The position numbers and the translations under genes were made by a program. Below the pieces are notes generated by a model. That model was not told the DNA's origin and searched no databases. It was given only the letters and a program-made list of their open reading frames with translations. A stretch of DNA of 54,399 bases from an uncultured Dehalococcoidia bacterium (GTDB taxonomy: Bacteria > Chloroflexota > Dehalococcoidia > Lucifugimonadales > JAGWBF01), in the NCBI GenBank assembly GCA_964457285.1, contig CAYWGG010000001.1, positions 1 through 54,399 on the forward strand, given 5' to 3'. Positions 44,942-52,837 of this stretch are shown in pieces (position 1 is the first letter of the stretch; every line of letters starts with the position of its first letter).

Positions 44942-46226
44942 AAGGATTGCTCAACGCACGGCCAAGGTGGGAGTGATAGGTCTGGGCTACGTAGGGCTGC
45001 CTACTATGGTCGCCGCTGCCAGGGCCGATTTCAGAGTAACGGGGGTAGATATTGACCAGGGTCGGGTAGACCAGGTCAACGCTGGATATAGCTACATAGA
45101 AGATGTCCAGTCTGAGACTCTGGCCGACCTGGTTCACCAGGGCAAAATCACCGCCACCACCGACGGCAGCGCTCTAGGAGCCGTGGATGTCATCATCATC
45201 TGTGTGCCTACCCCTGTGAATAAATACAAAGAGCCAGACTTGCGTCCCTTGCAGGATGCCGTACATACCCTGGCTAAGCATATGAACGGCGAACAGCTTA
45301 TCATCCTTCAGAGCACCACCTTTCCCGGGACCACGGAAGAGATGGTCCTGCCCCAGTTGGAGATGGGCGGCCGCCGCGTAGGGGAGGACTTCTACCTGGC
45401 CTTTTCTCCGGAACGCCTTGACCCTGGCAACTCGCAGTTTTTTCTTGGCAATATTCCGAAAGTAGTAGGGGGGGTGACGCCCAGGTGTGGGGAGATGGCA
45501 GTCGCCTTTCTCTCAACTTTTGTGGACCGAGTCATCCCAGTAGGCTCCCCCAAAGCTGCCGAGATGACCAAGCTCTTGGAAAACATCTTTCGATGCGTCA
45601 ACATCGCCCTGGTCAACGAGCTGTCCCAGCTTTCCCAGAGGATGGGTATAGACATCTGGGAAGTGATCCACGCAGCTACTACCAAACCCTTCGGTTTCAT
45701 GCCTTTCTATCCCAGTGTAGGGGTCGGCGGCCACTGCATCCCGGTAGACCCTTTCTACCTGTCCTGGAAGGCTAAAGAGTACGATTTCTACGTCAGCTTT
45801 ATAGAGTTGGCCGCCAGAACCAACGATAACATGCCCTATTATGCTGTATCCAGAATAGTGGATATAATGGGAAGCAGAGGTAAGCTCCTTAAGGACACTC
45901 ATCTCTTGCTCCTGGGAGTGAGCTTCAAGAAAAACATCGGGGATATTCGTAACTCCCCCGCGCTGCGGGTGGCTGAGCTTCTGGCAGAAAGGGGAGCCAG
46001 AATCGCCTACAGTGACCGTCACGTCCCCCAGGTGACCATTGGAGGGACTCCGATAAAGAGCGTGGAGATGGATGAGGTGACCCTTCGGCAACACGATGCA
46101 ACCGTCATCCTCGTAGACCATAGCTACTACGATCTGGCAAAGGTAGTGCGCCATAGCAAGCTGGTGATAGATACCCGGGACGCCACCAGACCCCTGGGGC
46201 CAAAGCCGACAGTAGTCAGGCTTTAG
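44919..46226 (+). CDS. Nucleotide-sugar dehydrogenase, UDP-N-acetylhexosamine type (WecC/WbpA-like)
   Basis: 435 aa. VGVIGLGYVGLP and catalytic-Cys motif GVGGHCIPVDP. Confidence 0.8.
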   Translation: MSSQHLSERIAQRTAKVGVIGLGYVGLPTMVAAARADFRVTGVDIDQGRVDQVNAGYSYIEDVQSETLADLVHQGKITATTDGSALGAVDVIIICVPTPVNKYKEPDLRPLQDAVHTLAKHMNGEQLIILQSTTFPGTTEEMVLPQLEMGGRRVGEDFYLAFSPERLDPGNSQFFLGNIPKVVGGVTPRCGEMAVAFLSTFVDRVIPVGSPKAAEMTKLLENIFRCVNIALVNELSQLSQRMGIDIWEVIHAATTKPFGFMPFYPSVGVGGHCIPVDPFYLSWKAKEYDFYVSFIELAARTNDNMPYYAVSRIVDIMGSRGKLLKDTHLLLLGVSFKKNIGDIRNSPALRVAELLAERGARIAYSDRHVPQVTIGGTPIKSVEMDEVTLRQHDATVILVDHSYYDLAKVVRHSKLVIDTRDATRPLGPKPTVVRL

Positions 46227-46290
46227 AGGCGCAGGGCCAGGCGCCCCTACTACCCCACCCTGAAGGGTGCAGTATGTAATAGGAGTGTTT

Positions 46291-47049
46291 ATGGAACGGG
46301 ACCAGATAGACCACGGAAAGGTAGACCCGATACAGACCAACAGGGGAGACACATACCTGCGCCCTGCTCCCGTAATACCGCCGTGGGTGTACGGGACAGG
46401 GGGGGAAGCCCACCAGCGAGGGTCTGTTGACGGGGAAAGCTACCTGTTAAAGAGGCCCTTTGACACATTCCTGGCCCTGGTGGGGCTTATGATCGCTTTT
46501 CCTCTCTGGCTGGCCTTTGCCGTTGCCATCAAGCTGGAAGATAGAGGCCCCATTCTTTTTGTCCAGGACAGATGGGGCAAGGACAAGCGCAAAATCCGGG
46601 TGTATAAGTTTCGCACAATGGTCCCCAACGCCGTAGAGAGGTTCGGCAATATACAGGCACGGGAGAAGGACCCCCGTGTGACCAGAGTAGGACGCTTCCT
46701 GCGGGCCACCAGCCTGGACGAGATGCCACAGCTTTGGAACATCGCCAGGGGAGACATGAGTTGGGTGGGCCCAAGAGCCCTCCCCATAGACGAAGTCCAG
46801 TTGCAGGAAGCGCAAGGGGACTTGCCCGACGAGGCTATTCCAGGCTTTGAGGCCAGATCAAAGCTGCGTCCAGGTCTTACGGGCATAGCCCAGATTTTTG
46901 CGCCAAGGGACGTACCCAGACAGCAGAAATATGAGTATGACGCCATCTATGCCAGAAGCCAGAGTCTCTGGCTGGACATGCGCCTGATATTTCTCTCGCT
47001 GTGGATTACACTGAGGGCCAGGTGGGAGGCAAGGGGAAATAAGCTTTAG
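46291..47049 (+). CDS. Polyprenyl-phosphate sugar-1-phosphate transferase (small monotopic PGT, PglC/WbaP C-domain type)
   Basis: LKRPFD..LALVGL...PIL(F)VQDR.G......VYKFRTM...DE.PQLWN...GDMS.VGPR. AGGAG (46281-46285) precedes ATG 46291; the ORF opens at GTG 46267. Confidence 0.8.
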   Translation: MERDQIDHGKVDPIQTNRGDTYLRPAPVIPPWVYGTGGEAHQRGSVDGESYLLKRPFDTFLALVGLMIAFPLWLAFAVAIKLEDRGPILFVQDRWGKDKRKIRVYKFRTMVPNAVERFGNIQAREKDPRVTRVGRFLRATSLDEMPQLWNIARGDMSWVGPRALPIDEVQLQEAQGDLPDEAIPGFEARSKLRPGLTGIAQIFAPRDVPRQQKYEYDAIYARSQSLWLDMRLIFLSLWITLRARWEARGNKL

Positions 47050-47062
47050 GAGGGAGGCTACC

Positions 47063-48748
47063 ATGCGTGGAGGCGATGCGGTCATTCGAGCCCTGGAGAA
47101 GGAAGGGGTCAGCTACATAAGCGGGTTCTCTGGAGGAGGACTGGGCACCCTCTGGCCAGCTTTGAGGGCGTCCAGAACGATCACTGCCTTTTCGACGCGC
47201 CACGAAAGGCTTGGGGTGGAGATCGCCGATGGCTACGCCAGAGCCACAGGCAAAGTGGGGGTGGCGATGACGGGCACTGGCCCTGGCGCTACCAACACTC
47301 TCACCGGCATAGCTGGCGCCTACGCCGATAACGTCCCCGTCTTGCTGCTGATGGGGCAGCACCCTCTAGGTAGCATGGGGAAAGAGATCCAGCAGGAGGT
47401 CCCCTCCAGTATTTTTGACAGCTTTGTGAAGTGGAAAGGGACCATGACCCGGGTGGAACAGATCCCGGATGTGATCCGGCGGGCCTTCACAGCCCTGCGC
47501 TCAGGCTCGCCAGGCCCGGTGGTCCTGGAGATGCCCCAGGACGTCCTGTCGTCGGAGGCCCCCGATGATCGGCTCTATTACGAGCCCGTGGGGCCGGGGC
47601 GAAAGGCCAGGCCCGACCAGCAGGATATAGACAAGGCCGCCGAGCTACTGGTTCAAGCCAGCTATCCGATAATGAACGTAGGAGGAGGGGTGCTGTGGGC
47701 CGAAGCGTCGGAGGAGGTGAAGGAGCTAGCTGAGCTTCTCTCCATGCCGGTGGCCAGCACCCTGGTGGGTAAGGGGGCTTTCCCCGAAGACCATCCCCTT
47801 TCCCTGGGTGGAGGCGTCTACCCCAGGAGCCGCTTCGCCAGTGGCACAGCCCTCCACATCAACCGAAAGGCCGACCTGGTCCTGGCGGTTGGCAACTCCT
47901 TCCGAATACCCAATGCCACTGACGGGCGACCCTTCCCCCCTGACGTCAAGCTTATCCATATCAACGCCGACTCTGCGGACTTGAACAAGATATACCAGGC
48001 GGACGTAGCTATTCTGGCGGACGCCAGGCTAGCCCTGCGAGACCTAATAGACGCAGTGCGGGACCGTCTGGACCCTCGCCGGGGTGGAATCAAAGAGGAG
48101 GTAGTGGCGGAGATCCAGCAGGCAAAGTCCAAATGGCTGGGCCAGTGGATGCCCACCTTCACCGACGCCTCGGTGCCCACCAACGGGTATCGGGTGATCT
48201 ATGACTTCATGCAGGTGGTTGACCGGGACAGGACCATCGCCCTCCACGATGCAGGAGGCAGCCGCGGGTATCTGTCCCCCTTCTGGGTGGCGACCCAGCC
48301 CCGGAGCTACATAGGTATGGGAGGGATGGCGGCTATGGGCTGGTCCCTCGGCGCAGCCATTGGCGCCAAGCTAGGCCGGCCGGACCACCTGGTATTCCAC
48401 ATCCTTGGCGACGCCTCTTTCGGCATGGTAGGGATGGAGGTAGAAACGGCGGTCCGAATGAAGCTTCCCATCCTCACCATTCTGGTCAACAACGGCGGCA
48501 TCGGAGGCTCCCTGATGACCATAAACAATCCAGGCTCGGCCCCCGCCACCATGACAGAGCTGGGCGGCAACTTCAGCATGATCGCCAGGGGCCTGGGCGC
48601 CTATAGTGAAAGGGTGGAGCGCCCTGAGGAGCTTATCCCAGCCTTCAGGCGAGCCATTCGAGCAACCGAGGGAGGACAAGCGGCGCTGGTAGAGGTAATG
48701 ATCAAACCAATGCCTACGCCGGAGCTTCCCGATAGCTGGTCCCTGTAA
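47063..48748 (+). CDS. Thiamine-diphosphate-dependent enzyme (acetolactate synthase-like)
   Basis: 561 aa. GVSYISGFSGG...; TPP motif LGDASFGM...NNGG. GGAGGGAGG RBS. Confidence 0.8.
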   Translation: MRGGDAVIRALEKEGVSYISGFSGGGLGTLWPALRASRTITAFSTRHERLGVEIADGYARATGKVGVAMTGTGPGATNTLTGIAGAYADNVPVLLLMGQHPLGSMGKEIQQEVPSSIFDSFVKWKGTMTRVEQIPDVIRRAFTALRSGSPGPVVLEMPQDVLSSEAPDDRLYYEPVGPGRKARPDQQDIDKAAELLVQASYPIMNVGGGVLWAEASEEVKELAELLSMPVASTLVGKGAFPEDHPLSLGGGVYPRSRFASGTALHINRKADLVLAVGNSFRIPNATDGRPFPPDVKLIHINADSADLNKIYQADVAILADARLALRDLIDAVRDRLDPRRGGIKEEVVAEIQQAKSKWLGQWMPTFTDASVPTNGYRVIYDFMQVVDRDRTIALHDAGGSRGYLSPFWVATQPRSYIGMGGMAAMGWSLGAAIGAKLGRPDHLVFHILGDASFGMVGMEVETAVRMKLPILTILVNNGGIGGSLMTINNPGSAPATMTELGGNFSMIARGLGAYSERVERPEELIPAFRRAIRATEGGQAALVEVMIKPMPTPELPDSWSL

Positions 48749-48784
48749 GAGGATGTGTGAAAACCATCGCCCTCATCCCCCTGG

Positions 48785-48811
48785 CCCTCTTCTCTCAAAG
48801 AGAGAAGAGGG
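48785..48811. repeat. REP-like GC hairpin between convergent genes (possible bidirectional terminator)
   Basis: Perfect 12-bp stem ccctcttctctc/gagagaagaggg with loop aaa. The C-rich flank ccctcatcccc resembles the flank of the 27.26-kb element. Confidence 0.6.
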
Positions 48812-48912
48812 GTCACATTATTGCAAGCCGTTGTCTTGTCAGAGGCTGATTCATGTGGGTGATTTATGTAGGTATTGTTAGGTTACCCCGGGCCAACCAA
48901 TGGCAAGGGCCG

Positions 48913-49551
48913 CTATCCTCGTCTCGATGATGGAGAAAGGGCCTCCCCGGTCCCGATCATGCTGTCCCGGGTAACCAGGGCTGCCAACTCTTTTCCCGTC
49001 AAGCTTTCAGTCCCTTTCGGACGCCTGGGCAGCACAAGATACCTGACTTCGGCAGTGGCGTCCACCACCCTGACCTGCATCCTCTCATCCAGCTCCAACC
49101 CGAACTCCATCAGGACCGCACGTGGCTCATTGACCACCCGCGACCTGTAAGCCTCGCTCTTATACCACTCAGGGGGCGGACCTAAAACAGGTATTGGATA
49201 GCAAGAGCACAGAGTACATACGACGACGTGGTGTACCGAATCGGTGTTCTCCACCACCTGGATGTTCTGGAGACGCCTGGGGATTTGGATGGCCATCTCA
49301 GTGAGAGCTTCCTTGCCGTTCTTCAGTAGCCGTTGCTTGAAGTCGGCGTCCGTCCAGGCCCGGGCGATTACGCGTGCACCAATGGAGGGGTTCTGCTCCT
49401 CGTTCTCCTTGAGGACATCCAAAAGCTCCTGTGCGGTGATGATCCCTTTGTCCATAAGGAGATTAGCTAGGGCTATGATGCGCTTTTCATAGTAGGTCTC
49501 CTCGTGGTCCTCTAGCGCGATGTGAAGCAGATCATGTTCAGACTGGGCCAT
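48913..49551 (-). CDS. nthA: Nitrile hydratase alpha subunit, cobalt type
   Basis: 212 aa. Metal-binding claw VVCTLCSCYP (Thr, i.e. Co-type). KAWTD..FK..LL and LVTRDSMIG. AAGGAG RBS. Confidence 0.85.
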   Translation of the reverse strand: MAQSEHDLLHIALEDHEETYYEKRIIALANLLMDKGIITAQELLDVLKENEEQNPSIGARVIARAWTDADFKQRLLKNGKEALTEMAIQIPRRLQNIQVVENTDSVHHVVVCTLCSCYPIPVLGPPPEWYKSEAYRSRVVNEPRAVLMEFGLELDERMQVRVVDATAEVRYLVLPRRPKGTESLTGKELAALVTRDSMIGTGEALSPSSRRG

Positions 49552-49577
49552 AACTTCTTCTCCTTTGGTGGTCTTTA

Positions 49578-49623
49578 AAATCCCCCTAACCCCCCTTTAG
49601 CAAAGGGGGGACTGGGGGGATTT
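49578..49623. repeat. Nested compound GC hairpin in the beta-alpha intergenic spacer
   Basis: Outer stem aaatccccc/gggggattt encloses inner stem ccccccttt/aaagggggg (loop agc). On the minus strand the hairpin begins at the TAA of the upstream gene. Confidence 0.75.
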
Positions 49624-50104
49624 AAGGAGGGAACACCATAGGATGGGGTGTCCCTCTCTTCCGGAAATCAAGCTCCGCTACCAGCCTCCTGGACTCGTCG
49701 GTGTTCATGATCCCCTTAGTCACAAGAAGGCTCTGCAGGGCAGCGACACGCCTCTCGTAATACGTCAACTCGTGCTCCTCCCTGTTGATGGGCTGACCCT
49801 CAACTCTCTCCTGGGTGAGCGGCTCAAGCCAGTCTTCCCAGACGTCTACCAGCACTCGATCATGGACGAAGTCCGGGTCTTCATCGTAGAGGTGGGCCAT
49901 ATGGAAGGACACACAGTAAAGGGGCAGCTTGGGCTCGCCACTTCCCCCATAGGAGAGGGCTCTGGGATTCCCGGCAGGCCCATGATAGTAGGCGATTACC
50001 CCTTTTTTGCCGCGTATGTAAAACGGAGTCCTGTTGGTGCCGCCGGGGACCTCTGCCCTGACCCTGACCCTGTCGCCAACGTTGAACCTGTGTGTCATCT
50101 GCAA
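49622..50104 (-). CDS. Nitrile hydratase beta-like subunit, short and apparently domain-permuted
   Basis: 160 aa. N-terminal FNVGDRVRV...NRTPFYIRGKKGVI...LYCVSF...WEDWLEP corresponds to the canonical beta C-terminal domain. It is followed by YERRVAALQSLLVTKGIMNTDESRRLV. Confidence 0.65.
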   Translation of the reverse strand: MQMTHRFNVGDRVRVRAEVPGGTNRTPFYIRGKKGVIAYYHGPAGNPRALSYGGSGEPKLPLYCVSFHMAHLYDEDPDFVHDRVLVDVWEDWLEPLTQERVEGQPINREEHELTYYERRVAALQSLLVTKGIMNTDESRRLVAELDFRKRGTPHPMVFPP

Positions 50105-50203
50105 GTCCTTTCAGGCCCAAAGTAGGTGGAAAGACCATGAACTTGAGGCCGATTTTATCAGCAGCAAGTACCGAGGTCAACAGGAATTTCTGGCATTCTG
50201 CAC

Positions 50204-50232
50204 TTGAAGTAGGGCTCAGGCTGTGGTATCTT
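50204..50232 (+). promoter_or_regulatory. Candidate promoter of tRNA-Pro
   Basis: TTGAAG (50204-50209), a 17-nt spacer, then TATCTT (50227-50232). The tRNA starts at 50243. Confidence 0.35.
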
Positions 50233-50242
50233 TAAGGTAGGT

Positions 50243-50320
50243 CGGGGCGTGGCGCAGCCCGGCTAGCGCACCTGCATGGGGTGCAGGGGGTCAGCAGTTC
50301 AAATCTGCTCGCCCCGACCA
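50243..50320 (+). tRNA. tRNA-Pro (anticodon GGG), CCA encoded
   Basis: Manual cloverleaf. Acceptor CGGGGCG/CGCCCCG, D stem GCGC/GCGC, anticodon stem CCTGC/GCAGG with loop A-T-GGG-G-T (U33, G37), T arm AGCAG-TTCAAAT-CTGCT, A73-CCA. Confidence 0.9.
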
Positions 50321-50423
50321 GCTTTATTTTCAACTCGTAAACTCTACGCAGATGCTCAATTCGCAAGTTTAAGCAGACATCCAGGAAGCGGCAACAGGTA
50401 CTCTTAACAGCAATTCCCAGAGG

Positions 50424-51116
50424 TTATGAGACCTCCTGCTGGACAAGAGGGTGCTCGAGTCCCTCACACGCTACCCAGTGGTACCCGTCTTCAAAGAACT
50501 CCTTCTTCCAGATGGGTACCCTTTCCTTGAGGTGGTCTACGGCTTGATGACAGGCGTAGAAGGCTTCTTTTCGGTGGGGAGAGGCTACCGCCACCACCAG
50601 GCTGATCTCCCCTATGTTCACCCGACCTATTCGGTGAGAGATGGCTATATCCTCTATGTTCCACTCTGACTGGATCTCCCGGCGTATCTTTTCCAACTCC
50701 TTATTGGCCATTTCCTCATAGGCTTCATATTCCAGGTAAAGGACCTTTCGGCCCTCAGCGAACAGCCTGGTGGTGCCAAGGAAGGTGACCACTGCGCCAT
50801 TGGTGTCCCTTCGGACTTTAGCCGTAATCTCCTCTGGCTTAAGGGGATCACGTGTAATCGTTATCATGTCTTGACCTCCACTTACTGGCGGAATAAGAGC
50901 TACATCGTCGCCGCCGTGAAGCACCATACCCGGGTCGGCGTATTCAGTATTCACAGCCACCACAATATTCGCTGTAGGAGGAGCCAGACCTGGAAAGATG
51001 CGCCTTATCTCCTCTACCATCTCGGCTACGGTAGTCCCAGGGGCAAGGTCCAGGGAGAGATGCCTTCGACCAGCCCTTTCATGGTACAAGGCGAAGAAAG
51101 TCACTTTGACTTTCAA
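50424..51116 (-). CDS. Molybdopterin synthase MoaD-MoaE fusion
   Basis: 230 aa with a TTG start preceded by GGAGG. Residues 1-81 form a MoaD/ThiS-like domain ending ..IPPVSGG. The rest is MoaE (YEAYEEMA...HRIG...PIWKKE). Confidence 0.8.
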   Translation of the reverse strand: MKVKVTFFALYHERAGRRHLSLDLAPGTTVAEMVEEIRRIFPGLAPPTANIVVAVNTEYADPGMVLHGGDDVALIPPVSGGQDMITITRDPLKPEEITAKVRRDTNGAVVTFLGTTRLFAEGRKVLYLEYEAYEEMANKELEKIRREIQSEWNIEDIAISHRIGRVNIGEISLVVAVASPHRKEAFYACHQAVDHLKERVPIWKKEFFEDGYHWVACEGLEHPLVQQEVS

Positions 51117-51224
51117 GGTTACCTCCAGGATATGGCATAAGTAGGGGAGACAGGGTTAGATCCCGCAGGTCCGTTATGGAATCAGTGGTCTTCAAGCTGG
51201 ATATCCGCCGCTCCTTGCGATGTC

Positions 51225-51253
51225 ATTATATTTACCCCGTATCGTCCTGTCTA
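51225..51253 (-). promoter_or_regulatory. Candidate promoter of moaD-moaE
   Basis: Minus strand: TAGACA (51253-51248), a 17-nt spacer, then TATAAT (51230-51225). This predicts a leader of about 100 nt. Confidence 0.45.
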
Positions 51254-51428
51254 TCACCCCTCGCCAATCGGGTGCAGTTAAAAGTGATTGGCGGCGGCCC
51301 ACTGTCATGCTAGGGTGACCGTAAAATTCCAACCACTTCCTCCGAAAATAGGGGCGAAGCCTCATTTTCGTGGTCTGTGGTGCCAGGGCAACCGGCATGG
51401 GGGATTTTAATCATACCATGCCTTTACT

Positions 51429-52079
51429 CTAGCCCTTGACAACGTTGGTTTCCAGGGAGGCGAGCTTTTGCTCCAACTCTCGCTGCCTCAAGGCCATGGT
51501 CAGGTCTCCTCGGGTCCTCTCCAGCACGCCCCGCATGGCATCGGTGGTATGTCTCAGGCCTCCCGTCACCCCCTCAGGAAAGTCCACGGTCACCAGAATA
51601 CTATAAATATCGTCCATAATTTCCATGAACTCTTCGCAGCGCCCGGTGTCATTCCTGCGTAGAGAGTCCAGGATGAACCGCCTTAGCTCCCCTATCGCCT
51701 CTCCCATGCCGTTGAGATAAGGGGCCATGTCCACGCCGATCTCTTCGGGCTGGGGAAGGCTGGTACCCGAAATGAGAGCCAGGGTTATTCTGGCTTCGCT
51801 GTACTCCTTCCTGGCATCGGAAAGAAAACCTGCATAGTAAATATCGGGCCACTCTTTCAGGGCCTGTGCGGCGTCCTTGAGCCTGCCGTCGGCCTGGCTG
51901 AGCAGGCCTCTGGCTTCATCGAACTCCCGCCGATGGACGGCGCGAATGGCGTTTGCTGAGAGCCGGATTACCTCACGGGACACCCGTAGCCCTTGCTCTC
52001 TGGCTTCGTGTTTCGCAGCAAACTCCTCCAGCGCCACCTCTGCTACCCGCGCAAGACCTCCATCGTGCAACGACGACAT
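51429..52079 (-). CDS. Translin-family protein
   Basis: About 216 aa. SREVIR.S..AIR..H...F.EA...L; YL.G...A.GEL.R; helical throughout. The ATG at 52079 overlaps the thiE stop (TGATG). Confidence 0.55.
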   Translation of the reverse strand: MSSLHDGGLARVAEVALEEFAAKHEAREQGLRVSREVIRLSANAIRAVHRREFDEARGLLSQADGRLKDAAQALKEWPDIYYAGFLSDARKEYSEARITLALISGTSLPQPEEIGVDMAPYLNGMGEAIGELRRFILDSLRRNDTGRCEEFMEIMDDIYSILVTVDFPEGVTGGLRHTTDAMRGVLERTRGDLTMALRQRELEQKLASLETNVVKG

Positions 52080-52837
52080 CAAGCTCTCCCCCCTGCCCGA
52101 AGGATCCTTTCCACCAGGCGGCGCGACGCCTCCTCAGGGTCACGGGCTAACCCCACAGCGCTGGTGACACATATAGCGTCGGCCCCAGCCTTTACCACAG
52201 GTTCTACGTTCTCCTCGTTTATGCCGCCGATGGCCACCACTGGCACGTTCACCACCTCCTTCACCCTCCTCACAGCATCGGGCCCGATGGGAGCCCGCCG
52301 CCTTATGCTGGCCTTGGTGGTAGTGCCGTAGACAGCGCCTACAGCCACATGGTCCGCCCCCTGGGCCTGAGACTCCAGCGCCTCCTCAAACAGGTGGTTG
52401 GAGCGGCCTATGATCTGCTGAGGCCTCAGTATCCGGCGAGCCTCTGCCACAGGCAGGTCACCCTGGCCTACGTGAAGCCCGTCGGCATCCACAACGGCGG
52501 CCAGGTCCGCGTGGTCGTTGACTATCAGAAGGGCATTGTATTCGGCGCAGAGTTCCTTCATGGCTCTGGCCAGAGGGAGGGTCTGGCCCTTGTCCCTGAG
52601 CTTATCTCGCATCTGGAGCATCCTCGCACCTCCTCTCAGCGCCCCGCGAGCCACCTCCAGCGGGTCTCGGCCCCCTGTGACCTCCGGGTCAATGATTACG
52701 TAGAGGCCGTAAACCCTCGCGCCGGGCCCACGACGCAGCTCCTTTCCTGCTTCCCCCTCCAGGTCATCCAGCGCGGACCGCAGCCTTTCCAGATATGTCC
52801 TGAGTGCAACTAATGGGAGGGGCCGATTTTCCGTCAT
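52079..52837 (-). CDS. thiE: Thiamine-phosphate synthase
   Basis: LYVIIDPE...MLQMRDK...LIVNDH.DLA...ADGLHVGQ.D...IGRS......GADH.AVG.V..T.TK...IGGI. The start at ATG 52837 overlaps the upstream stop (ATGA). The longer ORF extension was rejected. Confidence 0.85.
   Translation of the reverse strand: MTENRPLPLVALRTYLERLRSALDDLEGEAGKELRRGPGARVYGLYVIIDPEVTGGRDPLEVARGALRGGARMLQMRDKLRDKGQTLPLARAMKELCAEYNALLIVNDHADLAAVVDADGLHVGQGDLPVAEARRILRPQQIIGRSNHLFEEALESQAQGADHVAVGAVYGTTTKASIRRRAPIGPDAVRRVKEVVNVPVVAIGGINEENVEPVVKAGADAICVTSAVGLARDPEEASRRLVERILRAGGRA

Noticed and set aside
48913-49551. Nitrile-hydratase-like leader peptide (NHLP) RiPP precursor
   Set aside because: The protein is full length and keeps the intact VCTLCSC metal-binding claw. 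No cyclodehydratase, radical-SAM or peptidase-transporter genes are nearby, so it is an enzyme subunit rather than a RiPP precursor.
50243-50320. tRNA-Pro as the attachment site of an integrated island
   Set aside because: I found no integrase gene and no direct repeat of the tRNA 3' end in the flanks. The neighbouring genes are ordinary metabolic genes.
51117-51428. Canonical Moco riboswitch upstream of moaD-moaE
   Set aside because: I could not find the conserved sequence blocks I associate with the Moco motif on the minus strand. I report only a promoter and generic pairings and leave the question to a covariance-model search. The 68-aa ORF at 51192-51398 was also dismissed (no RBS, basic low-complexity translation).
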